A DNA stretch of 20,063 nucleotides from Sulfurimonadaceae bacterium (GCA_041571435.1 JBFFUI010000039.1:1-20063), one strand, 5' to 3'; positions 1 to 7,530 are shown, counted from the first letter of the stretch. Numbers and translations are program-made. The notes: generated from the letters alone by a model not told the origin.

Positions 1-1
1 A

Positions 2-268
2 CAACTGAAAAACCCCGCGTTTATTGAGGACCTTTGCAGTGCTGTAGAAGAGGCATATGTCAGTTTGAATGACGGCATGTGCGAGGAGATCAAGGCCTGC
101 AGCAGTTGCAGTTATCAGCGAAATTACCTGCGTAACATGATCGGTATTTTAAATGAGATCGAAGAGGGGCAGGAACTTTCCAGCACGATAAAACGTGAAC
201 TTTTCACCTTTCCCGAGAAGATCAAAGAGGTATTGACACGTATCGAGCAGGTCTTGAAAGAGCTCTAA
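2..268 (+). CDS. Hypothetical protein, 5'-truncated by the window edge
   Basis: Frame is open from base 2 (QLKNPAFIEDLCSAVEEAYVSLNDGMCEEIKACSSCSYQR...) to TAA at 266-268, so the track's start at 65 is probably internal. Contains a CxxC; family not recognised. Confidence 0.65.
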   Translation, partial: QLKNPAFIEDLCSAVEEAYVSLNDGMCEEIKACSSCSYQRNYLRNMIGILNEIEEGQELSSTIKRELFTFPEKIKEVLTRIEQVLKEL

Positions 269-385
269 AAGAGCTTCGTGTTACTTAATCGTCTTAAGTG
301 AACGATTTGGGTACCAGAATTTTAGCCCTAATACAGCATCCAACCGTTATACTTTCGGCAAATATTTTATAATCAAGGAGACCTT

Positions 386-634
386 ATGCCACAGATTCCA
401 GGCGGGTTTGAACTTATTTTAATTCTTGCAGTTGTACTGCTTCTTTTTGGCGGTAAAAAGATCCCACAGCTTGCAAAAGGTCTAGGCGAAGGTATTCGCA
501 ACTTTAAAAAATCTGTCAAAGATGATGAGACAGAAGTCGCTCAAGACGATACAAAAGCAGAAGAACCTAAAAAAGTAGAAGGTTCTGAAGAGGGTGCATC
601 TACCGAGGCACCCAAAGACACAAAACAAGCATAA
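386..634 (+). CDS. tatA: Twin-arginine translocase subunit TatA/E
   Basis: N-terminal TM helix followed by [24 protein letters not shown] hinge/amphipathic helix and an acidic tail; SD AAGGAG at 375-380. Confidence 0.96.
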   Translation: MPQIPGGFELILILAVVLLLFGGKKIPQLAKGLGEGIRNFKKSVKDDETEVAQDDTKAEEPKKVEGSEEGASTEAPKDTKQA

Positions 635-637
635 GCA

Positions 638-2218
638 TTGAAACAACGTGTTGCAGCGCTCCTTAGAGAGCAGTTTGAACGAGATGTTGTTTTGGAAAAG
701 CCAAAAGACCGTTCTTTTGGCCACTTCGCAACACCAGTCGCATTTTCCCTCGCAAAAGAACTCCGTAAATCACCAATGGTCATCGCAGAAGAGTTGGCTT
801 CATCTTTTGGCGAAGATGCTATGTTCTCGGCAGTCGAATCGGTCAAAGGGTATATTAACCTGCGTCTTTCCGAGTCATTCCTAGACGAGTATGCCTCTTG
901 GGCTCTCGAGAACCCGGATGAATTCGGTTCGATCGGTGAGGATCAAAAGATCCTTCTTGAGTTCGTCAGCGCCAACCCTACAGGTCCGCTTCACATCGGT
1001 CATGCCCGCGGTGCTGTCTACGGGGACACTCTTTTGCGTCTGGGACGCAGACTCGGCTTTGATATTACGGCAGAGTACTATGTCAACGATGCCGGTAACC
1101 AGATTGACCTGTTGGGCCATTCGATTCAACTCGAGGGACGTGCAACGATCCTGAACGAAGATGTGGAGTATCCGGAAAGCTTTTACCGCGGTGAGTACAT
1201 GACTGACCTTGCCAGGGAAGCGGCGGAAGTGTTCGGCAGCGAGATATTCCATGATGAAAGCCGTCAAAAAGAGTTGGCACTGTGGGCAAAAGACAAGGTG
1301 ATGGAGATCATCATCAAAGACCTTGCCGATGCGAACATCCATTTTGACACGTTTGTCTCTGAAGCGTCGCTATATGATGACTGGGAACGTGTTATGAAGA
1401 AGATGGGCGAGGGTGTCTACAGTTCCGAAGATAAGATATGGCTTCGCTCAAGCGAATACGAGGATGAGAAAGACCGTGTCGTTGTCCGTGAGGACGGTCG
1501 GCCGACCTATCTGGCAGGCGACATTGTCTACCACAATCAGAAGTTCGAACGCGGTTATCACCACCATATCAACATCTGGGGTGCAGATCACCACGGGTAT
1601 ATCCCGCGCGTGAAAGCTGCGACAGAATTTCTTGGCTATGACAGCAAAAAACTGGAAGTACAGCTTTCACAGATGGTCAGTCTTCTTAAAGACGGTGAAC
1701 CGTACAAGATGAGCAAACGTGCCGGTAACGTCATTTTGATGAGCGACATCGTCGAAGAGATCGGTGCCGATGCCCTGCGTTTTATCTTTGCCAGTAAAAA
1801 GAGCGATACACCGCTAGAGTTTGATGTCAACGAGTTGAAAAAAGAGGATAGCTCAAACCCTATCTATTACATCAATTATGCGCATGCACGTATTCAGACG
1901 ATACTCAGTAAAAGCGAACTCACTATGGATGAGATCATGAAGAGTGATCTTAAGGGCTTGAATGAAGATGCCGATGCCCTTCTTTTCGAAGCACTTCTCT
2001 TGCCGGAAGTGATCGAAGATGCCTTTGTATCACGCCAGGTCCAGAAGATGCCGGAATATCTGAAGTCGTTGGCAGCGAGACTGCATAAGTTCTACTACGA
2101 TTACCGTATTATCGGCGAAGAAGATGAGGCAAAACTGCTGAAGCTCTTCCTTGTCGTGGCCCTGTCACTGCGTACAGGACTCTCAATGCTCGGCATAACC
2201 GCAAAAGACAGGATGTGA
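638..2218 (+). CDS. argS: Arginine--tRNA ligase
   Basis: EFVSANPTGPLHIGHARG (HIGH motif), WGADHHGY, KMSKRAG (KMSKS motif), YYINYAHARI; TTG start 3 nt after the tatA stop. Confidence 0.98.
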   Translation: MKQRVAALLREQFERDVVLEKPKDRSFGHFATPVAFSLAKELRKSPMVIAEELASSFGEDAMFSAVESVKGYINLRLSESFLDEYASWALENPDEFGSIGEDQKILLEFVSANPTGPLHIGHARGAVYGDTLLRLGRRLGFDITAEYYVNDAGNQIDLLGHSIQLEGRATILNEDVEYPESFYRGEYMTDLAREAAEVFGSEIFHDESRQKELALWAKDKVMEIIIKDLADANIHFDTFVSEASLYDDWERVMKKMGEGVYSSEDKIWLRSSEYEDEKDRVVVREDGRPTYLAGDIVYHNQKFERGYHHHINIWGADHHGYIPRVKAATEFLGYDSKKLEVQLSQMVSLLKDGEPYKMSKRAGNVILMSDIVEEIGADALRFIFASKKSDTPLEFDVNELKKEDSSNPIYYINYAHARIQTILSKSELTMDEIMKSDLKGLNEDADALLFEALLLPEVIEDAFVSRQVQKMPEYLKSLAARLHKFYYDYRIIGEEDEAKLLKLFLVVALSLRTGLSMLGITAKDRM

Positions 2219-2229
2219 GTTCGTAATAT

Positions 2230-2253
2230 GTAAAGCCCATTTCTGGGCTTTAC
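2230..2253 (+). terminator. Stem-loop after argS, probable intrinsic terminator
   Basis: Perfect 10-bp stem GTAAAGCCCA-tttc-TGGGCTTTAC starting 12 nt after the argS stop; no long U tail. Confidence 0.65.
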
Positions 2254-2289
2254 GGCGAACGAAACCAGAGTCGATGATATGCCAAAGAG

Positions 2290-2311
2290 AAATATCCAAT
2301 TATGGATATTT
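2290..2311 (-). terminator. Inverted repeat; candidate terminator for the small minus-strand ORF, or an operator
   Basis: AAATATCCA-atta-TGGATATTT, 9-bp perfect stem; on the minus strand it is followed by CTCTTT. Confidence 0.4.
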
Positions 2312-2324
2312 TATTTGGATAAGG

Positions 2325-2399
2325 TTATATAAATAGTTTACAACTCACCGACATCGGCTTGGACATCAATAAAAACACCATTAAAATAACTTCTATCAT
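2325..2399 (-). CDS. Candidate small hydrophobic peptide, 24 aa (MIEVILMVFLLMSKPMSVSCKLFI)
   Basis: Minus strand reads TAAAAT (2434-2429), AAGGAGG (2418-2412), ATG at 2399, TAA ending at 2325, then the hairpin at 2311-2290. Too short for the ORF track. SD spacer is long (12 nt). Confidence 0.45.
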   Translation of the reverse strand: MIEVILMVFLLMSKPMSVSCKLFI

Positions 2400-2452
2400 T
2401 TAACTTTTTATCCTCCTTTAAACCTAATATTTTATCCGTTAGAATTGGTATT

Positions 2453-2818
2453 ATGAAACAGATCATGCTTTTTCTATTTTTATTATCGGCAGCTGCGGCA
2501 GAGGAATGTGAAAAGGTCAAGGTTACGTTTGAAAAAGAGGAAGTGGCCTACGACATGGTAGCACGCATTGCCATTGCAGGCAACAGCGCCTATACGATCA
2601 TCGCTAACTTTATTAAAGAGGGCGAAACACTTTTGCTACAGTGTCCAGATCTCTACTCTCTGGATCGTCAACACACACTTAAACGCAAACTCAAAAAAGC
2701 CAGACTACATCATGAAAGCTACCGGGTCTTTTCCCAAGCGGAAGTGAGCCGTTATGCACGAACGCATCCTGAAGAGATTATCGTCTACAAATGGGGTACC
2801 ATAAGGCCGGTGCCATGA
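2453..2818 (+). CDS. Hypothetical exported protein (signal peptide), paralogue A
   Basis: MKQIMLFLFLLSAAAA|EEC signal peptide; two Cys; aligns without gaps to the next ORF. Confidence 0.8.
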   Translation: MKQIMLFLFLLSAAAAEECEKVKVTFEKEEVAYDMVARIAIAGNSAYTIIANFIKEGETLLLQCPDLYSLDRQHTLKRKLKKARLHHESYRVFSQAEVSRYARTHPEEIIVYKWGTIRPVP

Positions 2819-3258
2819 TGAAGGTTGTCTTGACAGGATTGGTGCTGATCGTCATGAACACACCGGCCGTGGCGGAGAGCTGCAGTGGGTATGAAGAAGC
2901 CTACGATAGGGCACAGTTCATTATAAATGAACAGGCTAGTGTAAATAACTGGAAAAAATACGACCTGGTTAACGCTCTCATCGATTCGGCGACAAGCTAT
3001 CTGGCCTACTGCAGCGATGAGATCATTCTGGCTGAGCAGTATCAGATCCAGCAGGTCATCAAAAAAGCAGATAAAAAGAGAAGAGAGTACTTTAAAGGCG
3101 CCGTACGCGAATACCATGCGTTCTACGGGATTCGTCCGAATGTAACAGAGATATACCAAGACGGCAGCTTTTCAAGCGGCGGCGGGAGCTCGTCAGGGCC
3201 TTCCTCCCCGCCGCGCTTTCCCCCTGTTCAACAACCGATGTTCCCCCCTGTAAAATGA
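2815..3258 (+). CDS. Hypothetical exported protein with Gly/Ser/Pro-rich tail, paralogue B
   Basis: ATGA overlap with the upstream stop (ATG 2815, TGA 2816-2818); signal peptide MMKVVLTGLVLIVMNTPAVA|ESC; tail SSGGGSSSGPSSPPRFPPVQQPMFPPVK. Confidence 0.8.
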   Translation: MMKVVLTGLVLIVMNTPAVAESCSGYEEAYDRAQFIINEQASVNNWKKYDLVNALIDSATSYLAYCSDEIILAEQYQIQQVIKKADKKRREYFKGAVREYHAFYGIRPNVTEIYQDGSFSSGGGSSSGPSSPPRFPPVQQPMFPPVK

Positions 3259-3272
3259 TAAGCAAGCTGCGA

Positions 3273-3278
3273 TATAAT
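3273..3278 (+). promoter_or_regulatory. -10 box for the tRNA gene
   Basis: Consensus TATAAT ending 14 nt before the mature tRNA 5' end. Confidence 0.6.
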
Positions 3279-3292
3279 GTCGTTCTCTTTTG

Positions 3293-3368
3293 CTCCTCAT
3301 CGCTTAACAGGATAAAGCAGGGCCCTCCTAAGGCCTAGCTCGAGGTTCGAGTCCTCGTGGGGAGACCA
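3293..3368 (+). tRNA. tRNA-Arg(CCT)
   Basis: 76-nt cloverleaf: acceptor CTCCTCA/TGGGGAG, D stem GCTT/AAGC, anticodon arm GGGCC-ctCCTaa-GGCCT, T arm CGAGG-TTCGAGT-CCTCG, discriminator A and encoded CCA. Confidence 0.96.
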
Positions 3369-3374
3369 CCATAT

Positions 3375-3470
3375 TTGTATCTTCAGCGCATCTTGCACTT
3401 CAGTTCATCTCTCAACGTACCGATCTACGCTTTCGGATTCACTTCAGCACAATCTGCACCAAATCAACAA
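3375..3470 (-). repeat. Dispersed imperfect-hairpin element, copy 1
   Basis: 3381-3441 matches 16427-16487 at 44/61 positions without gaps (hand count). Forms a long hairpin on the minus strand with G-U and tandem G-A pairs. Confidence 0.7.
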
Positions 3471-3501
3471 TTTTTTACCGTTGCTGACTTAATGCGCTGT
3501 T

Positions 3502-4803
3502 TTACCAACGTGAGATGAGGGCCAGATTGACCTTGGCAAATTGGGGAACGGTGACATCGCCAGAGGTGTTTGTATTGCTTCCCACCTGACCCGAGAGGTC
3601 CATCTGAAACCATTTGAGACCGATGCCCATACCGGCGGTATAGATAAGTCCCGCCTGGTCGTTTGCATTAAGATTCTGCATCAGTCCCGCACGAAGAGAG
3701 AGGGCAAAAACTGATGTGAACGGTTCAAAGTTGATACCGCCGCCGACCATCTGGCTCTCAAGATCGTCATTGAGCACTTTATTGCTGGTGAGGTCGATGT
3801 CGGCAGCAATCTCCAGCGAGTCGATTATGCTGTAGGCTAAACCGGCACGCAGCATCGGCTCAATGGTGTAAAAGGTGCCGTCCGGGAATTCAAACTCCGG
3901 CGAGTTGAGGTTTGTACCTACCAGCGCAACGGTCAAGTCATAGGCAAATGCAGGTTGATAGGCCAGCCCCAGATCAACCCCGAAGCCGGAGCTTGTGTTC
4001 TCCAGCCTTTCGCCTTTTGGCCCTTCAAGGTTACCCGAATAGTCGATCTTCATCTTCTCGGTGTAGGCAAGGGCCTGCATATACTTGAAAGCACCGCCGA
4101 GCATGACGTTTCCGATAACGGACCCAAAGTTGTGACCGTAGGCGACCGGGACCTCCGCCATACTCACCCCTCTGACATCTAGGTAGGTCATGCCGTTGTT
4201 GAGGGCATACTCAATGGAAGTATCCGCATACTCTGTTGGATTACTAAGAGCGGGCGTACCGTCACTGTTTATCTTAATATAGGTACCGCTTCCGGCGTCA
4301 TAGAAGATGAGCTGGTCATGTGCCTGATCGACCCGGGCAATAGCCGCTGTATCGGAAGTACCGAAGACCCCGATCCCGAAGTTGGAGAGCTGCGCAGCAA
4401 CATAGGCTTGCGGTGTCAGGGAGATCGCATCACCGTCCATGCCAATTACGATCTCGGTGCCATCGATAAGGTTGCGGATATCGGTGGGAGTCAGGCTTGT
4501 ATAGTCCTGATTCGCTTTGTTGATGGTATCGAGAAACCCGCTGTCGCCCAGCTTGATGATCGATGCGCCGGCACCGTGATCATAGGCACCCATACCGCCG
4601 CCCATGGATACCTCTGCCGTATAGTGCGTCTTGCCAAGGAGTGCTGGATTGTTGTAGGTCGCGATCGAACCGCTTGAGCTGGCCACGGCGGCACCGCCCA
4701 TCGAGATCGCTTTATAGCCGAGGGTCTCAAACTTTGCAGCGTGGAGGGGCCCGGCGCTTGCAAGCAGAACTGCAGCCATTGAGAGAACTGGTTTTAATTG
4801 CAT
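3502..4803 (-). CDS. Outer-membrane beta-barrel protein, TraF_2-like ('conjugal transfer protein TraF') / FadL-like fold
   Basis: Signal peptide; G(Y)KAISMGGAAVA...ATYNNPALL N-terminal motif; amphipathic strands (GFGVDLGLAY, LRAGLAY, IAADIDLT, LRAGLMQNL); C-terminal aromatic W. Confidence 0.75.
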   Translation of the reverse strand: MQLKPVLSMAAVLLASAGPLHAAKFETLGYKAISMGGAAVASSSGSIATYNNPALLGKTHYTAEVSMGGGMGAYDHGAGASIIKLGDSGFLDTINKANQDYTSLTPTDIRNLIDGTEIVIGMDGDAISLTPQAYVAAQLSNFGIGVFGTSDTAAIARVDQAHDQLIFYDAGSGTYIKINSDGTPALSNPTEYADTSIEYALNNGMTYLDVRGVSMAEVPVAYGHNFGSVIGNVMLGGAFKYMQALAYTEKMKIDYSGNLEGPKGERLENTSSGFGVDLGLAYQPAFAYDLTVALVGTNLNSPEFEFPDGTFYTIEPMLRAGLAYSIIDSLEIAADIDLTSNKVLNDDLESQMVGGGINFEPFTSVFALSLRAGLMQNLNANDQAGLIYTAGMGIGLKWFQMDLSGQVGSNTNTSGDVTVPQFAKVNLALISRW

Positions 4804-4832
4804 AAGATCTTCTTTTTGTTGATATAATATTT

Positions 4833-4841
4833 ATGATAGCA
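4833..4841 (-). promoter_or_regulatory. Extended -10 promoter candidate for the TraF-like gene
   Basis: Minus strand TG-C-TATCAT about 30 nt upstream of the ATG at 4803. Confidence 0.45.
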
Positions 4842-4969
4842 CAACCGAAGTGTTTTCTCTGTTAGGAACTTTTTTTATATCAGCAATGTAAATATTGTTT
4901 TAAACGTGTGATGAACCAACCCTGTGGTAGGATTTCAAAATAGATATTATTGTTAGAGAAGGAGCCGTT

Positions 4970-5818
4970 ATGGTCAAAGTAGCTGCCGTGCAGATGGCAA
5001 TGGGTACTGACAGAGAGGCTAATGCCGACAAGGCCGAAGCGCTGGTTCGAGAGGCGGCCGCCAATGGTGCGCAGATCATCTTGCTGCCGGAACTTTTTGA
5101 AGGTCTTTATTTTTGTAAAGATATGGACAAACACTATTTCTCCTGGGCACAGGAGCGTGAGGGTCACCCTTTGATCGAACGTTTCAGCAAGCTGGCCGAA
5201 GAGCTGAAAGTCGTGCTTCCTTTGAGCTATTTCGAGAAGGCCGGGGAGCTCTATTTCAACTCGCTTGTCGTCATTGATGCGGACGGGAAAGTGTTGGAGA
5301 ATTATCGTAAAACCCACATACCCGACGGCCCCGGGTATGAAGAGAAGTTCTATTTCAGACCGGGAGACACCGGCTTTAAAGTGTGGGAGACGACATACGC
5401 AAAGGTCGGTGTCGGGATCTGCTGGGACCAGTGGTTTCCGGAGACGGCCCGCTCGCTTGCCCTGATGGGCGCGGAGCTGATCTTCTATCCGACGGCGATC
5501 GGCAGCGAACCCGAGATCCATGTCGATTCAAAAGAGCACTGGCAGCGTGTACAGCAGGGGCATGCCGCGGCCAATACCGTCCCGGTCATCGCGGCAAACC
5601 GTATTGGCGTGGAAGCTGGTGAGAGTTGCACCTTGACCTTTTACGGTGGCTCTTTTATGACGGATTATACCGGTGACAAAATAGCCGAGGCACCGCGTGA
5701 TAAAGAAACGATTATCTACAGTCAGTATGATCTTAAAGAAGATAGAAAGCAGCGGGAGTACTGGGCGCTTTTCAAAGACCGCCGTCCCGAGATGTACAGT
5801 GAGGTGTGCCGATCATGA
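4970..5818 (+). CDS. aguB: N-carbamoylputrescine amidase (carbon-nitrogen hydrolase family)
   Basis: Glu-Lys-Cys triad motifs LLPELF, YRKTHIPDGPGYEEKFYF, GICWDQWFPE; YPTAIGSEP; QGHAAAN; FKDRRPEMY; SD AAGGAG upstream. Confidence 0.93.
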   Translation: MVKVAAVQMAMGTDREANADKAEALVREAAANGAQIILLPELFEGLYFCKDMDKHYFSWAQEREGHPLIERFSKLAEELKVVLPLSYFEKAGELYFNSLVVIDADGKVLENYRKTHIPDGPGYEEKFYFRPGDTGFKVWETTYAKVGVGICWDQWFPETARSLALMGAELIFYPTAIGSEPEIHVDSKEHWQRVQQGHAAANTVPVIAANRIGVEAGESCTLTFYGGSFMTDYTGDKIAEAPRDKETIIYSQYDLKEDRKQREYWALFKDRRPEMYSEVCRS

Positions 5819-6531
5819 TTAAAATAATACTACTGCTCGTTATGAGCACCCTGCTGTTTGCCAGAGGGTACCATGCACCTGAGAACCGGTCGCAGGCGAA
5901 AAACCTGGTGAAGATGGTCTATTTGGACTATAAAACGACCTGGTTGAACGGGTGTGATTACATCTATGATCCGACCACCTGTATGGACAAGACACTTGTC
6001 GATATGACAACGTGCAATGTAGACGAGCAGAACCAGAGCATGGTGTGGATACAGGTCGTTCCCGATACGTTCTATGGTCGCAATATGGCCTGTATGAATG
6101 AGAATGTCTGTGTCAGTGAGTTTACGGGCAAAGCGTTCAAAGGGGCGCGTTGCTGCCGCCTAAGCAGTGAAAAGTATAAAAAGATGGAAAGCGAGCTTTT
6201 TAACCTGATACCTGTCGTTTCAGCTGTCGCTGAAAAGGCCAAAGGCAAAATATTCGGTGAAGTTAAAACGCCGAAAGAGAAGGTCGGCGGTGTCAAGTTT
6301 GATGAGAACTTCATCGAACCGCCCGACAGCGTCAAAGGTGACATCGCCCGTGTCTACCTCTACATGGAGAGTCGTTACGGTCTGCAGCTCTCAGCGGAAG
6401 AGAAAGCGATGTTTGTCCGCTGGCACAAAGGCGATGCGGTCGACAAACGCGAATGTGACATTGAAAAGATCTTCACCAAAGTGCAGGGCGTACCGAATCG
6501 TTTGATTGAAGAGGGATGTCAAAAGTTCTGA
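5815..6531 (+). CDS. Endonuclease I (EndA/Vvn) family exported protein with a degenerate active site
   Basis: Signal peptide, many Cys, FNLIP, KGDIARVYLYMESRYGLQLS, VQGVPN; the EWEH motif reads VWIQ. ATGA overlap with the aguB stop. Confidence 0.8.
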   Translation: MIKIILLLVMSTLLFARGYHAPENRSQAKNLVKMVYLDYKTTWLNGCDYIYDPTTCMDKTLVDMTTCNVDEQNQSMVWIQVVPDTFYGRNMACMNENVCVSEFTGKAFKGARCCRLSSEKYKKMESELFNLIPVVSAVAEKAKGKIFGEVKTPKEKVGGVKFDENFIEPPDSVKGDIARVYLYMESRYGLQLSAEEKAMFVRWHKGDAVDKRECDIEKIFTKVQGVPNRLIEEGCQKF

Positions 6532-6552
6532 TGCAGGAGTACCGTCTGCTTT

Positions 6553-7503
6553 TCAGGGTTTAGAAATTCCTTCTATCATCTCGTCGGGGCTGATATTTTC
6601 GAGAAGTTTGTTAAAGTCCTGGAGACTGTAAAGGAGCAATCCCTCTTCGTTGAGTGCGTTGAGCTCATTGGAAAAACCGCGTTTTGAAATGAGCACGAGC
6701 TTATCGGCCTCGAACCCAGCCAGGGCACACTTGTCCCTGAGCTTGGAGAGCTCGCTTTTGTTGATCTTGGTGTTGGTGTATTTGCACTCGGCAACAACGG
6801 TCTTGCCCGAAGCGGTTCTGGCCAGGATATCGATCTCGACCTGTCTGTCCCAGTAGCTTCCGACCTCTATGATGGGGTCATTTTCGAACTCTGCTTTCAG
6901 CAATTCGATCGAGAGCTTTTCAAACACCAGACTGCTGAAGTTCTTCTCACGACTTGAAAAATGTGTTTTGACCTCGTCGTATTCCCCTTTTTGAATCCTT
7001 TGGTGCAATGGCGATACGAAAGCGAACCAAAAGCGGAAAAATGGGGTCGTAAACGTTAGTTTATCGGAGATACGATGTTTTTCGATCTCTTTTTTGAGCT
7101 TCTGACCGGGATACTCTTTTTCAATGGGATTTTCACGCGAAGGCTCAAGCTGTAGGATTCCGGTCTGACAGAGATGCTCAATCGCCGCATTGCCTGTTTT
7201 TTCCGAGATACGCGCCCGTTTAAAAGCGGAGTGTGTCCGACGGTCACCCAGTGCAATCCCCGTCAGGATAGCATGGTAGACACTTTCACCCAGCGTCATA
7301 TCCAGGATAATGTTATGAAGATGACCGTAATTGTCCAGGATCAGGATCTCGATCAGCTCAAGCAGCGGTATGTCGGTGTCGATCTCCCAGCCAAGCCCGC
7401 CAAAGACGGCAAAGTACTCTATGGCTTCTTCAAGCGAATTGGGGTAATTTCGAATATAAAAAGAGCGAAACTGCCGTAAGAGTGATGGTTGGAATGTGTC
7501 GAT
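6553..7503 (-). CDS. DUF234 domain protein with C-terminal PD-(D/E)xK-like motif; probable ATC start
   Basis: FRFWFAFV, FEKLSIELL, GSYWDRQVEIDILA...VVAECKY. The frame is open 68 codons upstream of the ATG at 7299 (LLRQFRSFY...AIEYFAVFGG) with no ATG/GTG/TTG. ATC at 7503 has SD AAGGGG 6 nt upstream; an in-frame TAA lies 5 codons further up. Confidence 0.8.
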   Translation of the reverse strand: MDTFQPSLLRQFRSFYIRNYPNSLEEAIEYFAVFGGLGWEIDTDIPLLELIEILILDNYGHLHNIILDMTLGESVYHAILTGIALGDRRTHSAFKRARISEKTGNAAIEHLCQTGILQLEPSRENPIEKEYPGQKLKKEIEKHRISDKLTFTTPFFRFWFAFVSPLHQRIQKGEYDEVKTHFSSREKNFSSLVFEKLSIELLKAEFENDPIIEVGSYWDRQVEIDILARTASGKTVVAECKYTNTKINKSELSKLRDKCALAGFEADKLVLISKRGFSNELNALNEEGLLLYSLQDFNKLLENISPDEMIEGISKP

Positions 7504-7530
7504 TGCCTGCCCCTTTTATAATGTTGTCCA

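Noticed and set aside
2290-2322. DnaA-box-like TATCCA cluster (oriC)
   Set aside because: Only one 8/9 match to TTATCCACA; the others are the arms of the hairpin; no dnaA context.
2338-2520. 60-aa minus-strand ORF from the track
   Set aside because: Overlaps the signal-peptide gene and promoter region and has no SD; the 24-aa frame has the better signals.
2791-2814. Longer start for paralogue B at 2791
   Set aside because: Adds non-signal residues; the ATGA overlap at 2815 gives a normal signal peptide.
3375-3470. Integron attC site or CRISPR repeat
   Set aside because: Lacks RYYYAAC...GTTRRRY ends; no regular repeat-spacer array and no intI or cas genes.
3293-4803. Integrative/conjugative element at tRNA-Arg
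   Set aside because: No integrase, relaxase or T4SS gene, and I saw no duplicated tRNA 3' end in the window.
4880-5521. 213-aa antisense ORF over aguB
   Set aside because: Shadow of a well-supported gene; no recognisable motifs.
638-5818. Arginine-themed cluster (argS, tRNA-Arg, aguB)
   Set aside because: Separate transcription units with unrelated genes between them; no speA/aguA and no shared regulatory motif seen.
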